64,000 nucleotides of DNA from an uncultured Syntrophus sp. (GTDB lineage Bacteria > Desulfobacterota > Syntrophia > Syntrophales > Syntrophaceae). Shown one piece after another: positions 1 through 9,700 of this stretch. Made by a program: the position numbers and the translations under genes. How positions within the stretch are numbered: position 1 is the first letter of the stretch; each line of letters starts with the position of its first letter. The stretch is taken from positions 1,256,347 to 1,320,346 of the forward strand of contig OY762510.1 of the NCBI GenBank assembly GCA_963665935.1, in the 5' to 3' direction. Below the pieces are notes generated by a model, which ran no database searches, was not told where the DNA came from, and was given only the letters and a program-made list of their open reading frames with translations.

Positions 1-548
1 CAGTACCCTTCCACGGACATGTTCAGGATCATCCTGCGGACCTCGTTTACTTCACCCGGCAGCCTCGCCTGACCGGCCTTGGTGAACCAGCGGTCGATGG
101 TGGCATCGACCACGGCTGCCGTTCCAAACTTCCGGATCGTTTCGATCCGCTCATCCCAGACCTCGGGAGAAGCGGTATGAGAGGTCGTGTCACAGAGGAT
201 CAGGGAGAGCAGGCGCTCCCCATGGAAGGCCCCCATCATCTGGGCGATCATTCCCCCGAGGGAAATGCCGCAGAAATGGACTTTTTTCAGTCCGAGAAAA
301 TCCATCAAGCCCACGGCATCCAGCGTAAGCATTTCCATGGAATAAGGCCCGGCCGGGGATGCCGATTGCCCATGGCCGCGACTGTCATAACACAGCACCC
401 GGTAACCGGCTTCCATCAAGACGGGTGCCTGAAACTTCCATATCCCCCGGTCTGATGCGAGAGAATTCGAAAAAATCACGACCTCGCCATTTTCCGGCCC
501 CTCCAGAGAGTAGGAAAGCACCGTTCCGTTTATCTCCGCCAGCGGCAT
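1..548 (-). CDS. alpha/beta-fold hydrolase (3-oxoadipate enol-lactonase-like), C-terminal part cut by window edge
   Basis: Absent from the ORF track because it runs off the edge. The reverse complement from the ATG at 546-548 reads MPLAEINGTVLSYSLEGPENGEVVIFSNSLASD...VHFCGISLGGMIAQ, which contains a GxSxG nucleophile elbow. An AGGAGG lies just upstream. The + strand ORFs 177..455 and 359..619 are its shadows. Confidence 0.75.
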   Translation of the reverse strand, partial: MPLAEINGTVLSYSLEGPENGEVVIFSNSLASDRGIWKFQAPVLMEAGYRVLCYDSRGHGQSASPAGPYSMEMLTLDAVGLMDFLGLKKVHFCGISLGGMIAQMMGAFHGERLLSLILCDTTSHTASPEVWDERIETIRKFGTAAVVDATIDRWFTKAGQARLPGEVNEVRRMILNMSVEGY

Positions 549-637
549 TTCAACCTCCTGATCTTAATGGTGATGTCTTGGGCATTTTGAGTATTTCACT
601 TGTTCAGAATCCAGGTTGAATCTCATTCTCTCCCTCC

Positions 638-1984
638 TTAAGAAAGTTCCGGAGGACACAAAAGCCATACATAGGCTGGCTGGGCCGAAATTGACGCAGG
701 AACCTGCCGGGGCAACCCGTCCCGGGTGAGCGTCAGTAGAAGCTTGTGAGCCTGAGGATGTTGTTGCCCCGCCTCTATTAGTGACCTCAGTTCCCGCTCC
801 ATTGTTTCCAGGGACGTTACATCCGCGCAGACCTGGATCAGCTCTTCCCGTCCCGATGGGTAACGGGCCAGGAAATCCACCTCAAAGCCCTGTGGTGTCC
901 TCACGTAGCTGATCTCAGCCCGTCTGCGCTCCAACTCGAGAAGCACTGCCGTTTCCAAGGCATGACCGATATTGGAACGTCCAGTGCGATCGAAAACCGG
1001 GATGAGTCCTGGATCTACCGGGTAAGCCTTACGGGGATTAACCATGCGCTGACGCTCCGAGGAAGCCTCCATCCAGACGGTACGAACCAGAAAACAGTCC
1101 TGCAAATGCCCCATAAGCTGGTGCACTGTGTCCTTGGATATGGCCAGTCCCTGAGACTTGAGCGCACTGTAGAATTTTTCCACGCTGAACAGTCCCGCCG
1201 CATTACCGAGGAGGTGACGGACCAGCCAGCGCAGCCCCGTCACATTGCTTACCCCGTGCCGTTCTACCACATCACGCAGGATAGCCACATCCACATAGTC
1301 CCGAAGCAGTTGGTAACGCGTAGCCGCATCCAACCCCTGCGCCTCCGGGAAACCACCGGCCACAAGGTAGTCGAAAAAAGACCGTTCCAGGATCGAACGG
1401 GCAGGCCCGTCCAGAAAATCCGGCTGCGCCGGTGGGGACTTCCCGGCGTGTATCAAGGTCTCCTGAAAACTGAAGGGATGAAGAACAACTTCCCAGGCGC
1501 GGCCCCGAAGAGCTGTGGCTATCTCCCGGGAGAGGAGTGCCGCAGAGGAACCGGTCAGATAAAGTTCAATCTTCTCGGAATCAAGGAAACGTCGCACAAA
1601 GCGCTCCCAGTCGGGAACCGTCTGGATCTCGTCGAAGCACCACAGCACGGTATCACAGCCGCGCAAGGCAGGAAAGCGGCGATAATACTCCTCCACCAGG
1701 GGATGTAGATGTTCTGCTGTCATTCCCGCGAGACGTTCATCCTCGAAGTTGATATAGGGCATGCGCTCCCGGTCCATTTCATCCGCGAGACGTTCCCGAC
1801 GGATCTGATGGAGGAACATCGTTTTTCCCGCCCGGCGCATTCCCACAACGGCTGTTGCCTTGCCGGCAAGATGCACGGCACCGTGCACCCGCCGCGGCGT
1901 GCCGGGAGGAATTGGAGTCGAGAGGGACTCGGAGAGCTTGTCGCTCAAAATTGCCTGGAAAGGGGAAGGTGATGAAGGATCCAT
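638..1984 (-). CDS. AAA-type ATPase, DUF4143 family
   Basis: 448 aa with Walker A GMRRAGKT and a Walker B-like LWCFDEIQ. The layout is typical of AAA_14 plus DUF4143 ATPases. Confidence 0.8.
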   Translation of the reverse strand: MDPSSPSPFQAILSDKLSESLSTPIPPGTPRRVHGAVHLAGKATAVVGMRRAGKTMFLHQIRRERLADEMDRERMPYINFEDERLAGMTAEHLHPLVEEYYRRFPALRGCDTVLWCFDEIQTVPDWERFVRRFLDSEKIELYLTGSSAALLSREIATALRGRAWEVVLHPFSFQETLIHAGKSPPAQPDFLDGPARSILERSFFDYLVAGGFPEAQGLDAATRYQLLRDYVDVAILRDVVERHGVSNVTGLRWLVRHLLGNAAGLFSVEKFYSALKSQGLAISKDTVHQLMGHLQDCFLVRTVWMEASSERQRMVNPRKAYPVDPGLIPVFDRTGRSNIGHALETAVLLELERRRAEISYVRTPQGFEVDFLARYPSGREELIQVCADVTSLETMERELRSLIEAGQQHPQAHKLLLTLTRDGLPRQVPASISAQPAYVWLLCPPELS

Positions 1985-2171
1985 AGGTTGATTAATTTAT
2001 CCTTCTTATAAGGAGAAAGTCAACAATATTTCGCCTTTATTCGGGGAGAATATTGGCTGTCCCTCCCTTCTAACTTTCGTCAACGCGCTGATCTCCCGGA
2101 ATTGATGTTGAACGGATGCCCTCTTCCCTGTATAATTCTATTGCGCTTACTATTTTTATGGAGGTGGGGAG

Positions 2172-2621
2172 ATGCCGATTGGAGAAATTTGCAACCGCGA
2201 TGTGGTCATCGTGAGGCGGAAGGACAGCATTCTGGACGCGGCAAGACTCATGCGGGATTATCATGTGAGGGGGCTTGTCGTCGTGGAAGATCGGGATGGT
2301 GAGGTGCTGCCTGTGGGGATCCTCACAGATCGGGACTTGGTCGTGGAACTGATCGCCAGGGAGGTGCCGCTGGAGAGCGTCGTCGTGGAGGATGTGATGA
2401 GTCCCGACCTGTTTGCCGTGTCGGAAAATCGCGGGATCTGGGATACGATCCAGTATATGCGGGGAAGAGGGATTCGGCGCGTTGTCGTGGTCGATGAAAA
2501 AGGCAGTCTTGTGGGGATCCTTGCCATGGAGGATCTGCTCGAGCTGCTGTCCGATGAGCTGTCGGATCTGGCGAAGCTCTTTGCAAAGGAGCGGAACAGG
2601 GAAAAAGAAACGCTGGGGTGA
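2172..2621 (+). CDS. CBS-pair domain protein
   Basis: 149 aa with two CBS-like halves (HVRGLVVVEDRDGEVLPVGILTDRDL and GIRRVVVVDEKGSLVGILAMEDLL). A GGAGGTGGGGAG stretch lies directly before the ATG. Confidence 0.85.
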   Translation: MPIGEICNRDVVIVRRKDSILDAARLMRDYHVRGLVVVEDRDGEVLPVGILTDRDLVVELIAREVPLESVVVEDVMSPDLFAVSENRGIWDTIQYMRGRGIRRVVVVDEKGSLVGILAMEDLLELLSDELSDLAKLFAKERNREKETLG

Positions 2622-2659
2622 ATAAATCCATTTCCCGGTCCGGATTCCCTCCCGCCTTG

Positions 2660-2777
2660 ACGATTAGGGCGGGTCGGTTAACGATTCGTTTACGAATACG
2701 GCAGGCCGCCCGCATTTTTTCCTTGTGACATTGCGGTTTACGATTAGCGGTTGCCGCTTTACGATTATTTAACGATT
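2660..2777. repeat. two copies of a roughly 38-bp unit, each carrying three ACGATT/ACGAAT hexamers
   Basis: Hexamers start at 2660, 2681, 2692 and again at 2740, 2761, 2772. The internal spacing (21 and 11 bp) is identical in both units, and the units lie 80 bp apart. The two units match at about 26 of 38 positions by eye. Confidence 0.5.
2667..2720 (+). terminator. possible rho-independent terminator of the CBS gene
   Basis: GGGCGGG (2667-2673) pairs with CCGCCCGC (2706-2713) and is followed by ATTTTTT. The loop is long, so this is uncertain. Confidence 0.35.
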
Positions 2778-4307
2778 CCTGCTTTTGAGACGATAGCGGG
2801 TGGAACGCCCGCCTCCCAGTTTCTCCGCCAGTCCCAGTTCGACGAGCAGCCCGAAGTCTCCCGCTGTAATCGGGCGGGAAACGCCGAATTCCGCCTCGCA
2901 TTGCCGGCTGGTCAACTCCTGTCCTTCCACCAGCCATTGCAGCATCTTTCGTTGCCGTTCATTCAACTGCGCTTCCACCGCCGGGGAAACGCGAAGGTGT
3001 CTCTCCGGAACTCGCAGAAGATCGATGTCTTCGCCCGGTCCCGGAAAGGTGACCTGGAAGTAGCCCATGTCCGTGCTCAAAAGGGGCAGATCGAGCCCGT
3101 GGTTCAGCATGTGGTCGCGCATCCGGCGGAACCCGCTGCCACGCTCCTCGATGCGGTGAAAATAGGAAAGGCACTGGGCCAGAACGGGATTGCGGGAACA
3201 GGGCCGATACTTTCCCCGGCGCAGGCTGGCCAGGGTGATCGGTCGCGGGGGGAGGCCGGGACTGGAGATCACGACCCGATCGGAGAAGACTTCGAGGATG
3301 ATTTTGCGGCCCGCGTCTTCATACTGCCGGTGCGCCACGGCATTGACCAGCGCCTCACGCAGGCCGTCGACGGGATATTCGTCAAGGCGCACGCGGTTCA
3401 GGCCGACGACGCGCATCGGATGGCGGGTGTTCCGGTCGATGAAGTCGATCGCCCGCTCAATGACCACCGGCATCGGACCCCGGATGTCTTCGTGGTCGCG
3501 CGGGTCCCCGTCGGGGACTGTGCTCCGGTAGGCGTCGGCGAGGATGCGACATTGGGGAAAGACTGCCGAAGGGTCTTTGGCCAGCAGGACGATCCCGGCG
3601 GCGGTGGCATAGTGTTCATGGGAGGAAGGGTCATACCAGACCAGGCCCCTCAGTGTCGCTCCGGCAAGGAGATCCTCGTCGGACAGCTCATCGGGACTGC
3701 ACCGCTCGGCCGCGGCGAGAAGGGTGCGGGCGACGTTCAGGTCGAGATCACGCCAGCGGAGCCGGTTGAGGGGCTGGGATTCGAACGCCGACGTGGCCTC
3801 GATGGTCGATTCCGCGATATAATCCTCTTCGCTTGTCGGTGAAATCCCGAACTGGTCCTGCAGCAGTTGCACCAGCGCATCCCGGACCTCTTTCCGGAGC
3901 TCGATGACATTGCCGAAGCTTCTGCAAGGCAGCCCGTCTGCATCGAGTTCGTCCAGCATTCCGGCGGTTCCCCCACTCCGCTTGACGCTGCGGTCCCCTT
4001 TCAGGAAAGCAAGGACGGGAAGCCGCCTTTTCTTTGCATCCCGGTAACCGGCGTGGGGGAGAGACAGCCCGCCCACCGGAATTCCGGATTTCGTGCCGAT
4101 GAGGAGCAGATAAACCTGGCAGCCGTCGAGGGATGGCAGGCATCCATCCGGCGCCTCTTCCGGAGAGGCCGGTTCCAGGCCGTAAAGAAAGGATGTGCAG
4201 GATTCCGACAGGAAGGCATCGGTGCTGACCAGGTTCTGGACGATCAGGCGCTCGTCTTCAAGTTCCTGCTGGATTGAACTGACAAAAATGCAGAGTTTCA
4301 TCATCAT
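2769..4307 (-). CDS. DUF4062-like N-terminal domain fused to an AlbA_2/HATPase_c_4 (RecG C-terminal-like) wHTH protein
   Basis: 512 aa. The N-terminus KLCIFVSSIQQELEDERLIV fits the DUF4062 start motif. The centre and C-terminus (LREALVNAVAHRQYEDAGRKIILEVFSDRVVISSPGLPP...NPVLAQCLSYFHRIEERGSGFRRM) are typical of HATPase_c_4 putative DNA-binding proteins. The C-terminal end is wHTH-like. Confidence 0.7.
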   Translation of the reverse strand: MMMKLCIFVSSIQQELEDERLIVQNLVSTDAFLSESCTSFLYGLEPASPEEAPDGCLPSLDGCQVYLLLIGTKSGIPVGGLSLPHAGYRDAKKRRLPVLAFLKGDRSVKRSGGTAGMLDELDADGLPCRSFGNVIELRKEVRDALVQLLQDQFGISPTSEEDYIAESTIEATSAFESQPLNRLRWRDLDLNVARTLLAAAERCSPDELSDEDLLAGATLRGLVWYDPSSHEHYATAAGIVLLAKDPSAVFPQCRILADAYRSTVPDGDPRDHEDIRGPMPVVIERAIDFIDRNTRHPMRVVGLNRVRLDEYPVDGLREALVNAVAHRQYEDAGRKIILEVFSDRVVISSPGLPPRPITLASLRRGKYRPCSRNPVLAQCLSYFHRIEERGSGFRRMRDHMLNHGLDLPLLSTDMGYFQVTFPGPGEDIDLLRVPERHLRVSPAVEAQLNERQRKMLQWLVEGQELTSRQCEAEFGVSRPITAGDFGLLVELGLAEKLGGGRSTRYRLKSRNR

Positions 4308-4322
4308 GGGGGCGGGTGAATT

Positions 4323-6191
4323 TTATATATTTTCCTGGCTGAAATCAATCTTCAGTTCGTAGACCCCTTCCTCGAGATGGGTCGTCATGGGGTAACCGGA
4401 CTTGGAAAAGACGAGCAGCATGGGTCTGTTCTGTCGCAGGACATCCGCCGTAAATCCGGCGATTTTTTTCTCTTTCGCAATGCGGATCAGATATTGAAGG
4501 AGAAAAGTTCCGATCCCCCGATTCTGCCAGTCCTGATGCGTGGTGAAAGCAATTTCTGCAAAACCCGTATTCGGATTGTTGATGTAACGGCCGATGGCGA
4601 CGATCTTTTCCCTTCCTTCCGGCTCCTCTTTTCCGATGACTGCCGCAATGGCCATTTTATCGTTGTAATCGATCGCGGCCAGCGGCATCGCCACTTTGTG
4701 AGGAAAGGATTTGAGGCTCTGGAAAAACCGAGTAAACACGAACTGTTCCGGCAGATCGTAGATGAGCTCTTGAATCGCCCGCTCGTCCGTCGCCTTCACC
4801 GGGCGGAAAAAGATCTCCACGCCCTGTTTGTCAACCCAGTGGACTTCATACTCTTTCGGATACAAGACCACCGGCAGCGTCTGATCCTGGAAAATATACC
4901 GCTGCTGTTTGGCCGCGGCCAGCAGCTCGGAGCGAAAATCGGGATGAGCGATATTGATGAGCGTCATGGCGCGATCGCGCACCGATTTGCCGTGGACATA
5001 GGCGATGCCGTATTCCGTCACGACGTAATGAATATCCCCCCTCGTGACGACCACGCCGCTTCCGGGAGACAGGCAGGGAACAATCCGGGAAATCTTGCCG
5101 TCCTCCGTCGTGGAGGGCAGGACCATGATGGATTTGCCGCGCTTGGACATGGCGGAGCCCCGGACGAAGTCGACCTGACCGCCGATGCCGCTGTAGAATT
5201 CAAATCCAAGGGAATCGGAGCATACCTGACCGGTCAGATCCACCGTCAGGGCCGAATTGATGGACACCATCCGGTCGTTTTGGGCGATCACATAGGGGTC
5301 GTTGACATATTTGCAGGGCCGGAATTCAAACAGTGGGTTATTGTGCACGTAGTCGTACAGGCGCCGAGTGCCCATGCAGAAGGCGGCAACGACCTTTCCC
5401 TGGTTCAGGGTCTTTTTTCTGCAGGTTACCACGCCGGCTTCGATCAGATCGATCAGCCCGTCGGAGAACGTTTCCGTATGGATGCCGAGATCTTTTTTAT
5501 TGCCGAGGTAGGGAAAGACGGAAGCGGGAATTTTACCCACGCCTGTCTGAAGGGTGGATTCGTTGTCGATCAAATCGGAGATCAGCTGGCCGATGGACCG
5601 TGCGATATGATCGGGAGATTTCTGTTCAAATTCGGCAATCGGCGCATCGTTTTTCACGAAAGCGGAAATTTCGCTGACGTGCAGGAAACTGTCGCCCAGG
5701 GTCCGCGGCATGTTCGGATTCACTTCCGCCACGGTGTAGGTGGCCTCTTCCGCCGCCGTTTTCGTTATGTCCACGGAAACGCCCAGACTCACATATCCGC
5801 TGCTGTCCGGCGGGGAGACGCTGATGAGGGCGACATCGATGGGCATGGCGCCCTGTTGAATCATCAGGGGAATCTCGGAAAGAAAGACGGGCGTGTAATC
5901 GGCGTTGCCCTCCTTGATGGCGGCTCTCGTGTTGGTGCCGATGAATAGGGCGTTGTGCCGGAAGGCTTCATTATACTTTTCCTCGTTGTAGGAGGTTATC
6001 CCGGCGTCCAGGAAGTGGATGATCTCGATGTCAGCCAGGCTGGGCGCCATGTCCAGCAGCGTCCGGACCAGAAGCTGCGGCTCTCCGCAGGCGGACCCGA
6101 TGAAAATCCGCGCCCCGCGTCTTATCTTCGCCAACGCGCTCGCTGCGTCTACGAGCCTCTTCTGATAGGTTGCCTGCCAGTTCAGGATCAT
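4323..6191 (-). CDS. acetyl-CoA hydrolase/transferase family domain fused to a C-terminal GNAT acetyltransferase
   Basis: 622 aa. The N-terminal ~430 aa resemble 4-hydroxybutyrate CoA-transferase/acetyl-CoA hydrolase (RIFIGSACGEPQ..., GGQVDF). The C-terminal ~170 aa carry the GNAT acetyl-CoA motif QNRGIGTFLL. Confidence 0.8.
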   Translation of the reverse strand: MILNWQATYQKRLVDAASALAKIRRGARIFIGSACGEPQLLVRTLLDMAPSLADIEIIHFLDAGITSYNEEKYNEAFRHNALFIGTNTRAAIKEGNADYTPVFLSEIPLMIQQGAMPIDVALISVSPPDSSGYVSLGVSVDITKTAAEEATYTVAEVNPNMPRTLGDSFLHVSEISAFVKNDAPIAEFEQKSPDHIARSIGQLISDLIDNESTLQTGVGKIPASVFPYLGNKKDLGIHTETFSDGLIDLIEAGVVTCRKKTLNQGKVVAAFCMGTRRLYDYVHNNPLFEFRPCKYVNDPYVIAQNDRMVSINSALTVDLTGQVCSDSLGFEFYSGIGGQVDFVRGSAMSKRGKSIMVLPSTTEDGKISRIVPCLSPGSGVVVTRGDIHYVVTEYGIAYVHGKSVRDRAMTLINIAHPDFRSELLAAAKQQRYIFQDQTLPVVLYPKEYEVHWVDKQGVEIFFRPVKATDERAIQELIYDLPEQFVFTRFFQSLKSFPHKVAMPLAAIDYNDKMAIAAVIGKEEPEGREKIVAIGRYINNPNTGFAEIAFTTHQDWQNRGIGTFLLQYLIRIAKEKKIAGFTADVLRQNRPMLLVFSKSGYPMTTHLEEGVYELKIDFSQENI

Positions 6192-6213
6192 AAATCCTCT
6201 TTCTTAGAGCCTG

Positions 6214-6780
6214 TCATGCCGTGAATTTGAATTTGTCGCCCTCCCATTGTCCATTATATTTTGAACCATCCGGGAAGGTCAAGATGCCTTTTCCGTGAAA
6301 CTGGTCTTCCTTCCACTCCCCTTCGTATTGGGAGCCATCGGGAAAGGTCAGAATTCCTCTTCCATCAAACTGATCATTTTTCCATTCCCCTTCGTACCGC
6401 TTGCCGTCAGGAAGGGAAATGATCCCCTGTCCCTCTTTTCTGCCCTTCTTCCATTGCCCCGTATAGGTTGTCTCATCGGGCAGAAGAAGAGTCCCACTTC
6501 CCTCGATTCTCCCCTCCAGCCATTCCCCCTCATAGCGGCCGCCATCGGGAAGATTCAGAATCCCCCAGCCGGAGGGAAGCCCGTTTTCCCATTCACCCGA
6601 ATATTGGCCGCCATCGGGCCATATGAAGGAGCCTTCTTCCGAAAAAAGCCCCTCCTGAAAATGCCCTTCGTAGCTGCTGCCATCGGGATGTGCATAGAGA
6701 CCCGTGCCGGAATAGGAGTCCTCCTCCCACATAAACGCAACGTCTTCTTTTCCTGAAAATATTCTGATCAGCTTTTGCAA
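6214..6780 (-). CDS. MORN-repeat protein
   Basis: 188 aa made almost entirely of about 23-aa YxGxWxxGxxxGxG MORN units (for example PDGGRYEGEWLEGRIEGSG). It starts 5 bp after the stop of the upstream MORN/coiled-coil gene. Confidence 0.85.
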   Translation of the reverse strand: MQKLIRIFSGKEDVAFMWEEDSYSGTGLYAHPDGSSYEGHFQEGLFSEEGSFIWPDGGQYSGEWENGLPSGWGILNLPDGGRYEGEWLEGRIEGSGTLLLPDETTYTGQWKKGRKEGQGIISLPDGKRYEGEWKNDQFDGRGILTFPDGSQYEGEWKEDQFHGKGILTFPDGSKYNGQWEGDKFKFTA

Positions 6781-6785
6781 GGTTT

Positions 6786-9700
6786 CTATCCACCCCGAGA
6801 AATCTTTTTATCGACAAATTGACCGTTCCGAAATTCACCGATGTATTTCCGGCCATCCGCCAGGATCATGATGCCCTGGCCATGGGGAAGGCCTTTTTCC
6901 AGTTCGCCCGTGTACTTTCTCCCATCGGTCAGGGTCAATGTCCCCTGGCCGTGATACTGGTTATTCCTGAACTCCCCTTCATACCGGTCGCCATTGGGGT
7001 ATTTCAGAATGCCCTTTCCGTTTGACAGACTGTTTTTAAATTCCCCCGTATACCTTGTTCCGTTGGCCAGGGTTAAGGTTCCCTGCCCCTCGTATTTGCC
7101 CCTCTTGAATTCCCCTTCGTATCTTTTCCCATCAGAAGAGATTTCAATTCCCTTGCCGTCGGATAAATTGTTTTTCCAGGTTCCCATGTAGGTCCGCTCC
7201 TCAGGCAGGATCAGAATGCCTTCGCCCGCCATGGCGTCTTTTTCCCATTGGCCGGCATAGGAAGAACCATCGGGGGAGGTCTGGGTTCCCCGTCCGTTTC
7301 TCTCGCCGGCGCTCCATTCGCCGACAAATTGCGCGCCATCGGGGAAAGTCATGATCCCCAGGCCATCGGGCAGGTCGTCTATCAGTTCGCCCAGATAAAT
7401 TCTGCCATCCTCGTAGCCCTTGGAGAATTGTACGTGAGAAAGAACCGCATCGGTTACACCGGAAGCGGTTTTCTGCTGGAGGATACGGTTTCTTTCCTCC
7501 GCTTCGGCCAGCTGTTTGGCGAGCTCCGTGATGGTTTTCTTCTGGTTGTCGATGGTGCTGGTCAGTTCGATCGAGCCCGTATCCGCGCCCGTTCCTGCCT
7601 GCTCCTCGAAGGATTTGAGCTTTTCTTCCAGCGTAATTTTTACGGCTTGAAGCGCGTTGTACCGGTCTTCAAGCTCTGCGGCCGATCCCTCGGTCTGCTG
7701 CACGGTGGAGATCTGCAGGGCAAGTTGTTTTTTGAGATCGGCAATCTTTTTCTTCTGATTCTTGACCGTGTTCTTCAGCTTGGCCGCATCCGCTTCTACC
7801 TTCTCTTCGAGGGTCCTGAGCATTTCTTCCGCAGAGGCTTTCTCAGCTTCAAGAACTCGATATCGTTCCTCGACTTCAGTGGATACTGTTACGGCTGTTT
7901 CAGCCCTTTGCGCTGCCTCGCTTTGCAGGGCGAGTTGTTTCTCCAGTTTGGCGATGGTTTTCTGCTGGCCTTCTACCGTGATATTCAGTTCGGCTAAGCG
8001 CTTTGTCGCCTGCTGTTCCAGGGTTTTGATCCTGTTCTCCGCGGAGATTCTATCTGCTTCGAGGGCTCGATATCGGGCGTCGGTATCCGCGGCGGCCAGT
8101 TCTTCGGCCTTCTGCACTGCTTCCGTTTGCCCTTTGAGCTGCTGCTGCAATTCATAAAGGGATTTTTGATACGCCTTGGCGGTGTCGTTCAGTTCCGTCT
8201 TAAGCGCATCGACTTGCCGTTCGAGCGTTTTAACTTTTTCCTCAGTAGAAATTTTTTCGAATCCGAGGTTTTTACAAAGCTCTTCCACAGTGGCGGCCGC
8301 GGATTTGGCCTGTTGCGCGGCGATGTTCTGCAGGGCGAGCTGCTGCTGGAGGTCGATGATGGTTTTCTGGCTGTTTTCCAGGGTGGAAGCGAGTTCGACG
8401 GCGAGGATTTCCGCCTGCCCTTTGAGAGTTTTGACTTCTTCTTCCGCAGAGATTTTTTCTGCTTCGAGGGTTTTGTACCGGTCTTCTGCCGTTCTGGCGG
8501 CGTCCGCTACCGCCCTTTGCGCTACTTCAATTTGAGAAGCGAGCTGCTGCTGAAGGTCGGCGATGGTCTTCTGGTTGTTCTCGATCGTGGAATCCAGTTC
8601 AACGGCAAGGATTTTCGCCTGCCGTTTGAAGGTTTTGGCCTCTTCTTCGGCGGTGATTTTTTCTGCTTCGAGGGCTTTATATCGGTCTTCCGCCGCTTTG
8701 GCGGCGTCTGCTTCGGCCTTTTGCAGTGTAGCGGTCTGGAGAACGAGTTCCTGTTGAAGCTTCGATACGGCCTTTTGTTGTGTCCTGGTAGAGCTGTTCA
8801 GTTCGTCAGCAAGGGCTTCTACCTGCTCTTCGAGGGTTCGAACCTTTTCTTCCGCAGAAGTTTTTTCGGCTTGGAGAGTTTGACAGCGGTTTTCCGCATC
8901 GGCAACGGCGGCTTGGGCCTTTTGAGCGGCGTCGGTTTGTTCCTTGAGTTGCTGTTGAAGTTCGGCGATGGCTTTCTGATGGCTCTCGGAAGCGGCTTCC
9001 AGCCGGACCGCGGAAATCTTCTCCTGCTGTTCGAGGGAGCGAACCCGCTCTTCTGCCTGAAGCTTTTTCGTTTCGAGGGCGTTGAGCCGCTCTTCTGCCG
9101 CCGCAGCTGCAACTTCGGCCTTCTGCACAGCGGATCTTTGCAGCTCGAGCTGATGTTGAAGTTCCGCCAGGGTCTTCTGGTGGTCTTTAACGGTGTCCTT
9201 CAGCTCGGAAGCAAGGGATTGCGCCTGCTCCTCGAGGGCCTGAATTCTTTCTTCCGCGGAAGCGTTCTCAATTTCGAGGGTTTGACAGCGCCCTTCCGCT
9301 GTGGCGATTGCGGCTTGGGCCTTTTGTGCAGAGGCGGTTTGCTCGGAGAGCTGCTGCTGCAGGTCGGCAAGGGTTGTCTGGTTGTTTTCCAGAGAGGATT
9401 TCAGTTCGGCCGCCAGGGTCTCCGCCCGTTGTTCGAGGGCTTGAACTTTATTTTCCGCGGAAATATTTTCCGCCTCAAGGGCCTTGAAGCGGGCTTCCGC
9501 ATCCTTGACGGCCCGGGTGTCAGCCTTTTGAGCAGAAGAGACCTTCTGGGCGAGCTTATGCTGAAGATCGGAGATTGTTTTGGACTGGTTTTCGACGGTG
9601 AGTTTCAGCTCGGTCGCTAATTCTACCGTTTCCCTGGCTCTTTGAGATCGACCTTCCTTCCATTCGGTCTTATACCGGGTTCCATCGGAAGAGATGTATT

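Noticed and set aside
4377-5948. Long antisense ORFs opposite real genes: 4377..5948, 2751..3842, 8127..9620, 7248..7997, 10444..11109, 17216..18281, 18809..19897, 19798..20883, 21268..22020, 45753..46853, 51108..52079, 57601..58659, 59571..60620 and 63184..63957.
   Set aside because: - Each overlaps a gene on the other strand that has clear family motifs.
- Their products are low-complexity and Arg/Gly/Pro-rich, with no motifs.
- They were treated as shadow ORFs.
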